Below, piece after piece: positions 7,616 to 13,740 of a stretch of DNA of 32,000 nt; position 1 is the stretch's first letter, and each line of letters starts with the position of its first letter. Source of the DNA: an uncultured Candidatus Saccharibacteria bacterium (GTDB taxonomy: Bacteria; Patescibacteriota; UBA1384; XYA2-FULL-43-10; 1-14-0-10-43-13). The notes under the pieces were generated by a model. The model was not told the origin of the DNA and made no database searches. It worked only from the letters and a program-made list of their open reading frames with translations. Where the stretch lies: assembly GCA_964543385.1 (NCBI GenBank), contig CAZIYE010000002.1:96715-128714 (forward strand). Reading direction: 5' to 3'. The translations under genes and the position numbers were made by a program.

Positions 7616-8740
7616 ATGAGCCACAATAATAAAGAGGCAGCGCTTGTCCTGGGGGGACTAGGCTTAATAGGTGGGTCACTAGCCCAAGAACTTACAAAGA
7701 ATTTTGACGTGTTTGTTGTGGACAGAAGAGAGCCTAAGGAAAAAAATGGAAGTGTGAAATATTATGTATCCGATGCGCTAAGTGTCTCAAGCCTTGAGAA
7801 GTTAATAATTGAACATGAGCCAAGACTAATCGTTAATTCAATAAATATAGCCACTATTTTTTCAGATAACCCTGAGGCAAACTATAAAAAGCTTGTTAAG
7901 TTTTACTATAGTTTGTATCAGATATTTAGTAAGATCTCACATCCGATACATTTCATTCAGATGGGGACAACTGGTTCTGGTGGACTAGGCTTTGATATTC
8001 CTTTTACTCATGGGGACAGAATAGAAGATCTCCCGATCATAAACAAGGCTGCTTTTGCCGGTGTTTCGACGGCAATGCTGACCCTTATGTCCAGGTCTTT
8101 TGGCCATAGAGTAAAAGTGTCGGAAATTAAACCAGGCTTGTCAATTTTTCGAAAAGATATTGTTAAAGAAAAATTTGATGGCAGTAACCTTATCCTTATA
8201 GATGGTGGTGAAAGTGGTTTTTATACATACAATGAACTAGCGCTCCTCACATGTTATATGGGTTTTACAACAGTAGACACGATCATTGATAAAGTTATGA
8301 AAATTATTGGTGGCGATAAAAGCTTCCATAATCACTGTGTTTATGACACGATAGGCAGTCTCAATGGTGCTATTATTACGCAAAATCACCTAGACCATTG
8401 GCGTTTGGTTAAATATCTTAATATTATGAAAAGACTGTCTGGCAAAGACTATATAATAGCTACGGGCAAACTTGGCCCTCCAAGCATCACAAGAGACTTA
8501 ATTCTTACATACCTAAAAAAGGAAAATCCTGATGTCGACGAGGAATCTTTTGCTAAGAAAATCAAGGGTGATGCAAATATAGTCAATACAATAAAATTCA
8601 TCAAGAAGAATGATAAAACTCTTTATGAATATCTATTAACTGAATTGAATTACGAAAACTATCTCAAAGCTATATATACTAAAGATGAGCCGTGGGAAAA
8701 CGTTAAAGCTATGTTGGCTAGACAGAAACTGATAGTATAG
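7616..8740 (+). CDS. NAD(P)-binding Rossmann-fold protein, atypical (no clear SDR YxxxK seen)
   Basis: 374 aa. N-terminal ALVLGGLGLIGGSLAQEL (GxxGxxG) is followed by VVDRR at the end of beta-2. It is divergent from the ANL/ThiF operon with only about 24 bp between the start codons. Confidence 0.6.
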   Translation: MSHNNKEAALVLGGLGLIGGSLAQELTKNFDVFVVDRREPKEKNGSVKYYVSDALSVSSLEKLIIEHEPRLIVNSINIATIFSDNPEANYKKLVKFYYSLYQIFSKISHPIHFIQMGTTGSGGLGFDIPFTHGDRIEDLPIINKAAFAGVSTAMLTLMSRSFGHRVKVSEIKPGLSIFRKDIVKEKFDGSNLILIDGGESGFYTYNELALLTCYMGFTTVDTIIDKVMKIIGGDKSFHNHCVYDTIGSLNGAIITQNHLDHWRLVKYLNIMKRLSGKDYIIATGKLGPPSITRDLILTYLKKENPDVDEESFAKKIKGDANIVNTIKFIKKNDKTLYEYLLTELNYENYLKAIYTKDEPWENVKAMLARQKLIV

Positions 8741-8760
8741 ACTAATCCACAGTTTTTCTT

Positions 8761-8789
8761 TTGACAATCTATGTGATCGCAGCTAAACT
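8761..8789 (+). promoter_or_regulatory. Sigma70-like promoter TTGACA-N17-TAAACT inside a 410-nt non-coding gap
   Basis: ttgaca at 8761..8766, a 17-nt spacer and taaact at 8784..8789. It begins 20 nt after the stop of the upstream gene. Confidence 0.45.
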
Positions 8790-9035
8790 ATATCAGTTCG
8801 CCATACTCTTATAGTTTATAGCGGACCTAGCTAATCATGGTCGTGCATTTATCTTGCTAGAAAGTGATGTGGCAACATCACAATAATCAATCAATCCTCA
8901 AGGACTGATTTTTATTTTGGGCAGATTCCGGCTGCTCTTGCCAATCCAACCGTCTGGTTGTGTATTCCGGCAGAACATCACTGACTATTTTATTGCACGT
9001 ATTAGTCAACTAGATGTTAGCACTTTTCTATCCCT

Positions 9036-9150
9036 CCTGATCCACCCTGTTTGTAAAAAATGTGCAGATGGATCAGGATAGCGGTTTGTTCACTGTATAA
9101 CCGCTGATAACAAATCAGCGTGTTGACAAAAAATCACACGCTGATTTTTG
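9036..9150 (+). promoter_or_regulatory. Attenuator-like leader: three hairpins with mutually exclusive 2:3 pairing, ending in a terminator
   Basis: Hairpin 0 is cctgatcca (9036..9044) / tggatcagg (9069..9077). Segment 1 agcggtt (9080..9086) pairs with 2 aaccgct (9099..9105). Segment 2' cgctgat (9102..9108) pairs with 3 atcagcg (9114..9120). Segment 3 atcagcgtgt (9114..9123) pairs with 4 acacgctgat (9136..9145), followed by tttttgttt. Confidence 0.55.
9112..9150 (+). terminator. Strong rho-independent terminator immediately upstream of the 9152/9176 ORF
   Basis: 10-12 bp stem (a)atcagcgtgt / acacgctgat(t), a 12-nt loop and the T-run 9145..9149 followed by gttt. Confidence 0.7.
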
Positions 9151-9151
9151 T

Positions 9152-9751
9152 TTGATGTTTATGTATAATTTACTTATGAAAATTTTATCCAAAGAAAAAT
9201 CTCGGGAGATATTAATCAAATTATTATCACTTTTCCAATGCGATCAGTTTGAGAAGATGGATAAATATCTCAATTCAAAGCCATTCAGATTCTTCAAATT
9301 CTATGCAAGCAATTCTTGCGAGCTCCCATTTTTATTTTGGGATGAAAAAGAAGCCAAGAAGATATTTGATTCCGCGATTAGTATTAGTGGTGCGGTAAAG
9401 GATAGTGATGGTGGTGTATACGGTATTGGTAATTATGATTATTTAGATAAATTAGCAAACTTTTTGAAAACACAGGGCTTTGTAAATATATACGGCGCTG
9501 GTAATTGGGATCCCTTCGGCAATGTTGGTCACAGTGCCATTGGCCTAAATGTTAATGAAATTAGGGGTATTAGCAGACATAACTACGATGACATCTATTT
9601 CTTTGATGAAAATTTTACCTGGATGCTCGCATTTAATCATCATAGAAACGGATTTTTTGCCGGATCAAAAGAAATGATAGAAGATTTTTCATATTCAGTG
9701 CCCGAATTTCGCAAATACCTCAGAGAAGAATGCTCCTGCTGCGGGCTTTGA
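9152..9751 (+). CDS. Hypothetical protein ending in a Cys-rich tail ...FRKYLREECSCCGL
   Basis: 199-aa ORF with no recognisable domain. A more likely start is the ATG at 9176 (MKILSKEK...), 6 nt after tataat (9164..9169). Its last ~25 codons recur twice downstream as remnants. Confidence 0.6.
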   Translation: MMFMYNLLMKILSKEKSREILIKLLSLFQCDQFEKMDKYLNSKPFRFFKFYASNSCELPFLFWDEKEAKKIFDSAISISGAVKDSDGGVYGIGNYDYLDKLANFLKTQGFVNIYGAGNWDPFGNVGHSAIGLNVNEIRGISRHNYDDIYFFDENFTWMLAFNHHRNGFFAGSKEMIEDFSYSVPEFRKYLREECSCCGL

Positions 9752-9771
9752 CTTATCCGCTAAGTTGACAT

Positions 9772-9800
9772 TTGACACCCTTTAATTGCTTCTGTAGAAT
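9772..9800 (+). promoter_or_regulatory. Near-consensus sigma70 promoter TTGACA-N17-TAGAAT (left repeat copy)
   Basis: ttgaca at 9772..9777, a 17-nt spacer and tagaat at 9795..9800. A second overlapping ttgaca lies at 9765..9770. Confidence 0.6.
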
Positions 9801-9885
9801 TTATGCATGGATACGTTATGGACAAAATTTAGACCCAAACGCAAGTTGCGGGCTAAGTGTGTCTTTGAAGAACTCCAAATAGATA

Positions 9886-9908
9886 GGACCCCTCTGGGGC
9901 CCTTTTTT
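9886..9908 (+). terminator. Hairpin plus T6 inside the leader of the HD gene (left repeat copy)
   Basis: ggacccc tct ggggccc gives 4 GC pairs, one A-C mismatch and 2 further GC pairs, followed by tttttt (9903..9908). It lies about 80-100 nt downstream of the promoter and 45 nt upstream of the ATG. Confidence 0.5.
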
Positions 9909-9952
9909 GTATCCTGTACACTCACAATCTAACGAAAGGAGGACTCCGGAGA

Positions 9953-10153
9953 ATGGGAGCAATGTTGGTACACGTTTCTGCATTAGAATATCTCTCAGTG
10001 CTCGCTCTTCGGAGATTCTCCGAAGAAGACCTGCGAAGGATTCAAAAAGCAGAGGATTTCGCTACTGAGAAGTTGCAAGGCATATTGCGGCGTGATGGTG
10101 CCGCGGTCAATATTGCGAGATTTATCTATACTGCCTTTCAAAATTCGCTGTAA
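9953..10153 (+). pseudogene. Truncated 5' copy of the SpoT-like HD hydrolase gene (49 authentic codons + 17 unrelated codons)
   Basis: The first 146 nt are identical to 13741..13886 (MGAMLVHVSALEYLSVLALRRFSEEDLRRIQKAEDFATEKLQGILRRDG). The sequence diverges at 10099 and stops at 10153, before the HD motif. Confidence 0.8.
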
Positions 10154-10173
10154 ATGCCCTGACCCCCTATAGC

Positions 10174-10515
10174 CTAAGTGCTGTGGGGGGTCTTGATATT
10201 AGTTCTTTTAAAGCTGCCGCGGACAAGTTTAAAAGCCAAGCGTCCGTCCTTGTGCTGCATCGGTGTACCGATTAATTCTCCGCAATCACAAGTTAGATTT
10301 TTCAGGGTTGATTCGTCATGTTCATTGGAACTATTAAAACTATCGGATATTATCCGGTTTATATAACAACGTTTGAGCCAACCAGGACCATCTTTCTGGT
10401 ATAAAAATATCTTTTTTCCACATTTAGCGCACCTGACGCGGGTAATCTTAGCAGTGCCGCCTCTGGCAGCCAGATATTTATCTCTTTTGATTTTGAATTG
10501 GTGTGACTGTTCCAT
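10174..10515 (-). CDS. Hypothetical zinc-ribbon protein (CxxC ... CxC)
   Basis: 113 aa, basic. RVRCAKCGKK and LTCDCGEL form a putative 4-Cys knuckle pair. A GC-rich hairpin gaccccc (10161..10167) / gggggtc (10186..10192) spans its 3' end. Confidence 0.6.
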   Translation of the reverse strand: MEQSHQFKIKRDKYLAARGGTAKITRVRCAKCGKKIFLYQKDGPGWLKRCYINRIISDSFNSSNEHDESTLKNLTCDCGELIGTPMQHKDGRLAFKLVRGSFKRTNIKTPHST

Positions 10516-10569
10516 TATAAAAAATTATTCGAATCATTATTATATCAATAAAGATTTTTTTTCTCAATT

Positions 10570-10659
10570 ATGAGAGAGCAAGATGATTCAAAATTCTCAT
10601 ATTCAGTGCCTGAATATCGCAAATACCTCAAAGAAGAATGCTCCTGTTGTGGGCTTTAA
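10570..10659 (+). pseudogene. Diverged remnant of the ...CSCCGL gene tail (reads as a 29-codon mini-ORF)
   Basis: atg at 10570 gives MREQDDSKFSYSVPEYRKYLKEECSCCGL then taa. It is about 85% identical by eye at the nucleotide level to 9671..9751. Downstream, 10690..10715 also retains the tttgaca...aattgctt...tagaat promoter-like module. Confidence 0.55.
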
Positions 10660-10837
10660 ATTTTTTAGTTCTGCATTACAGTAAAGCCAATTTGACAAAA
10701 CAAATTGCTTAGAATATCATCATATGAAACAAGCTTTATAGAAAGAAAAATATCTCCCAGACAAGTAAAATGTTGTTAGGGGATCATCTTTTTATAGGAC
10801 AAAATATAGAATTTAAAATCCAAGCAAGAATCAAAAA

Positions 10838-12238
10838 ATGAATGCCAATAATCAAAGAGTTGCTATAGCTGGACTTGGACCTCATGCCAAACGTATCTAT
10901 ATTAGGGTTCTCGCAAATTATGAAATTCAACCAAAATTAGTAATAGATATACAGTCTTCTGAGGAAAGTGTTAGGAAATTTCTAAGAGAGCATAAAATCA
11001 AATGTGATCTATATTTTGTACCGGATAAAAACAAAGATCTTAGGCGTCTTTCCGGAGAAGACAAGAAAAATATTGCACGTCTCCTCAAAAAAAATAAAAT
11101 CAATAAAGCAATAATATCTACAGAACCAAAATCTCATGTCGCATATGCGGAATTTTTTTTGAAACAGAAGTTGCCAGTTCTAATGGATAAGCCAGTTACG
11201 GCCATAAAAAATGCATGTTTCGATGATCGCCTTGCCCAGCAAATCTATAAAGAATATAAGCATCTGAGAGATATGTCTATTCAAAATGATGTTCCTCTAG
11301 TAATCCAATCTCAGAGGAGATATCACGGTGGATATATCTTTATCAGGGAATTACTTAAAGATACCATATTAAAATATGGTATTCCGGTTACGCATATGGA
11401 TATTTATCATTGTGATGGTCAATGGAATATGCCAATAGAATACATTACTAGGGATAATCATCCTTTTAATTATGGGTATGGTAAGGTTTTACATAGTGGC
11501 TATCATTTTGTTGATTTCATGAGTTGGATAGTAGCTCTTAACAATTTATTACCAGACAAAAAGCCGGATTGTTTCGATGCTATTCACAAGACAGTTAAAC
11601 CTCAAGATCAACTCTTTCAACTTAATGAAAGCTATGAAAAACTTTTTGAAAAAGAGTTACCAGGATTGCCAGAGAAAGATTTTTCCAAAATGGGTGAACT
11701 AGATTCTTACTCATTTATGCAATTCAAAAGAGAGGGCAAAGTAGTCACTTCTGTAAATCTGAATATGTTGCACAGTGGATTTTCTCGACGGGCTAGTTCT
11801 GAATTGGCCAAGGATGTTTATAAAGGTAATGGCAGGGTAAGGCATGAGAGAATAAATATCCAGATTGGTCCGATACTCAATATACAAGTTCATAGTTATC
11901 AATCTTATGAAATCAAAGATAGCAGTTATTCAAAGAAAGAGATTGAACCTGGCGGTTTAGACCACTTCGATATTTATATATTCAGGAATTCTGGTATTAT
12001 CGGTGGCAAGTCGTTCGAAAAAATTCAGGTCTCCAACCGGAGCCGTATCAATAGGAGAACGCACATGGGCCATAATGAGGAAGCCAGGGAAAGGTGCACA
12101 AAAGATTGGTTACAAGGAAATGAGAGTGAGAATGATGTGTTAAAACACAAGCTCACTAATTTAGTTATGTCTACCCTATATCGCTGTTCTGCCAAGGAAA
12201 ATTTAGGCAGATTCCCATATATGGAAGTTAAACTGTAG
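10838..12238 (+). CDS. Gfo/Idh/MocA-like oxidoreductase-fold protein
   Basis: 466 aa. N-terminal RVAIAGLGPHAKRIY (Rossmann GxGxxA-type), then AIISTEPKSHVAYAEFFLKQKLPVLMDKPV (the ..TP...H......AL..GKHVL.EKP pattern). HSGYHFVDFMSWI lies in the C-terminal domain. No SD is visible. Confidence 0.6.
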   Translation: MNANNQRVAIAGLGPHAKRIYIRVLANYEIQPKLVIDIQSSEESVRKFLREHKIKCDLYFVPDKNKDLRRLSGEDKKNIARLLKKNKINKAIISTEPKSHVAYAEFFLKQKLPVLMDKPVTAIKNACFDDRLAQQIYKEYKHLRDMSIQNDVPLVIQSQRRYHGGYIFIRELLKDTILKYGIPVTHMDIYHCDGQWNMPIEYITRDNHPFNYGYGKVLHSGYHFVDFMSWIVALNNLLPDKKPDCFDAIHKTVKPQDQLFQLNESYEKLFEKELPGLPEKDFSKMGELDSYSFMQFKREGKVVTSVNLNMLHSGFSRRASSELAKDVYKGNGRVRHERINIQIGPILNIQVHSYQSYEIKDSSYSKKEIEPGGLDHFDIYIFRNSGIIGGKSFEKIQVSNRSRINRRTHMGHNEEARERCTKDWLQGNESENDVLKHKLTNLVMSTLYRCSAKENLGRFPYMEVKL

Positions 12239-12276
12239 TTTGACAATCAAATCCAAGTACGAGGGGGAGCTGAAAG

Positions 12277-12969
12277 ATGCCGGTTACTGTGGCGTTTGAC
12301 GGTTTGAATCGATGCGGTAAAGGCACCCAGGCAGCATTGCTGCAGTCTCGCCTTCGCGAGATGGATGTTTTTTCCGTGATCATCAGAGGCGACGGTTCGA
12401 GGGATGGCTTGGGATTGACACCAGGTGATCCAGAAGACCTCTGGTGGCAAGGCTTCAAAAGCTGTCTAAAGGGCAGCGAAGGGACAACGCGCTGGTTCGA
12501 TAAATGGAATGAAGCAGCGTGTCGCTTAGCGCATGAATTAATTTGCTGGCAGGGAATAACATTCCCTCAAATGCTGAAAGATTCAGGGCGTAAAAGCGGA
12601 GTCTTACTTATCGATCGGAGCATTATTTCCAGAATTATGGTTATGCGGCAAGCCGGAGAGTATAACGGTTTAAACAGCCTGTATACTGTCGGAGGCGAGC
12701 CACAAGACATTGACTGGGAAGAGGTGCTACCCACAGTGCTGTTCAATTTCCATGTGCCCCAAGAGGTACTTCTGGCACGGTTGGATCATGATGATCCAAA
12801 GTATCAGTTCCGAAAGGGCATTATCGAACAGCATTTCCAACTCCATGTCTCTGTTTCTAGGGAGCTGCCAGAAGAAATTTTAGGCAGAACAATCCCTTTG
12901 AACGGCGACAATGAGCTTGAGGTTATCCACGAAGAAATATCTGCGGTAGTGGAACCTCTATTGCATTAG
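12277..12969 (+). CDS. P-loop kinase, thymidylate-kinase-like (divergent)
   Basis: 230 aa. VAFDGLNRCGKGTQAALL is a Walker A motif in the dTMP-kinase context (.EG.DG.GKsTq). LLIDRSIISR resembles the DRY/DR motif. It is visibly GC-richer (first 60 nt are 55% GC) than both neighbours, and its SD GGGGGAG is unlike the local style. Confidence 0.6.
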   Translation: MPVTVAFDGLNRCGKGTQAALLQSRLREMDVFSVIIRGDGSRDGLGLTPGDPEDLWWQGFKSCLKGSEGTTRWFDKWNEAACRLAHELICWQGITFPQMLKDSGRKSGVLLIDRSIISRIMVMRQAGEYNGLNSLYTVGGEPQDIDWEEVLPTVLFNFHVPQEVLLARLDHDDPKYQFRKGIIEQHFQLHVSVSRELPEEILGRTIPLNGDNELEVIHEEISAVVEPLLH

Positions 12970-12979
12970 TGCGGGCAGA

Positions 12980-13002
12980 GTGTGGGGCAGGACGCCCCAC
13001 AC
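12980..13002 (+). other. GC-rich 9-bp hairpin between the kinase and Nudix genes
   Basis: gtgtggggc (12980..12988) / gccccacac (12994..13002) with loop aggac. No clean T-run follows, so it is not a classical terminator. Confidence 0.5.
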
Positions 13003-13032
13003 CATAATTTGAAAAAGTAATAAAAGGAGTAT

Positions 13033-13461
13033 ATGAGGCACAGTTTTGATTCAGTGAATGTCAGTACAATAATTTTTAATAGAAAAGGACAGGTTCTTTT
13101 GGGAAAAAGAAGTATGGACGAGGATGTATATCCCGGACTTTGGTGTGTGCCTGGAGGCAAGATAGATGTGGAAGCCTGTGAAGGTGAAATTATCGAGAAC
13201 AATTTAAAAAGAGAGGTGAAGGAAGAGATAGGGATAGAGATAGAACCTCTCTTTTATCTTGCTAGCAATTGTCTTATAAAAGGAGACGAGGCAAAATTAT
13301 ATCTGATGTTTGTATCAGAGCATGTTGCCGGTGAGCCATTTGCACTTGACGGTACCGAAGAAGTTAAATGGTTTGAAATCGATGAACTAACACCAGAAAT
13401 GCTAACGCCTAAAACCTATGACAATATTCAAAAAGCGAGTGACAAAAGAATATCTCTCTAA
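13033..13461 (+). CDS. NUDIX hydrolase
   Basis: 142 aa. GGKIDVEACEGEIIENNLKREVKEEIGI contains the REVKEEIGI core of the Nudix box, with a longer than usual loop. The SD AAGGAG lies 5 nt upstream. Confidence 0.8.
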   Translation: MRHSFDSVNVSTIIFNRKGQVLLGKRSMDEDVYPGLWCVPGGKIDVEACEGEIIENNLKREVKEEIGIEIEPLFYLASNCLIKGDEAKLYLMFVSEHVAGEPFALDGTEEVKWFEIDELTPEMLTPKTYDNIQKASDKRISL

Positions 13462-13539
13462 AAATATCTAGACAATTTCGAAATCTTAATTTATTTCCGC
13501 AAATATCTCAGAGAAAAATGCTCCTGCTGCGGGCTTTGA
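13462..13539 (+). pseudogene. Remnant of the ...CSCCGL gene tail, in frame with the Nudix ORF after its single TAA
   Basis: Codons after the Nudix stop read KYLDNFEILIYFRKYLREKCSCCGL then tga, with no start codon of their own. The last 7 codons lie inside the perfect repeat. Confidence 0.6.
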
Positions 13540-13559
13540 CTTATCCGCTAAGTTGACAT

Positions 13560-13588
13560 TTGACACCCTTTAATTGCTTCTGTAGAAT
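13560..13588 (+). promoter_or_regulatory. Near-consensus sigma70 promoter TTGACA-N17-TAGAAT (right repeat copy), driving the intact HD gene
   Basis: Same sequence as 9772..9800, shifted by 3788. Confidence 0.6.
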
Positions 13589-13673
13589 TTATGCATGGAT
13601 ACGTTATGGACAAAATTTAGACCCAAACGCAAGTTGCGGGCTAAGTGTGTCTTTGAAGAACTCCAAATAGATA

Positions 13674-13696
13674 GGACCCCTCTGGGGCCCTTTTTT
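13674..13696 (+). terminator. Hairpin plus T6 in the HD gene leader (right repeat copy)
   Basis: Same sequence as 9886..9908. It could also serve as the terminator of the Nudix gene. Confidence 0.5.
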
Positions 13697-13740
13697 GTAT
13701 CCTGTACACTCACAATCTAACGAAAGGAGGACTCCGGAGA

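Larger units (their letters stand above)
9729..10098 (+). repeat. Left copy of a perfect 370-bp direct repeat
   Basis: Compared by hand base for base with 13517..13886 at a constant offset of 3788 and found identical. Imperfect homology extends about 25 bp further left (9705..9728 vs 13492..13516, with 1 indel and 2 mismatches). Confidence 0.9.

Noticed and set aside
8921-8935. gcag-attccgg-ctgc hairpin, considered on the opposite strand as an SRP RNA helix-8-like GGAA loop
   Set aside because: The flanking sequence lacks the conserved symmetric and asymmetric loop motifs of SRP RNA. I saw no tmRNA, RNase P or tRNA signatures in the 8741..9150 gap either.
9807-9920. 37-codon ORF (MDTLWTKFRPKRKLRAKCVFEELQIDRTPLGPFFVSCTLTI) inside the 370-bp repeat
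   Set aside because: It has no SD and reads straight through the hairpin plus T6 terminator. It is more economically explained as non-coding leader RNA. I keep it only as a remote leader-peptide possibility.
12025-12458. Minus-strand ORFs 12025..12246, 12228..12458 and 12247..12450
   Set aside because: They are shadows inside the oxidoreductase-like and GC-rich kinase genes. High GC reduces antisense stop codons, and no motifs or SDs are present.
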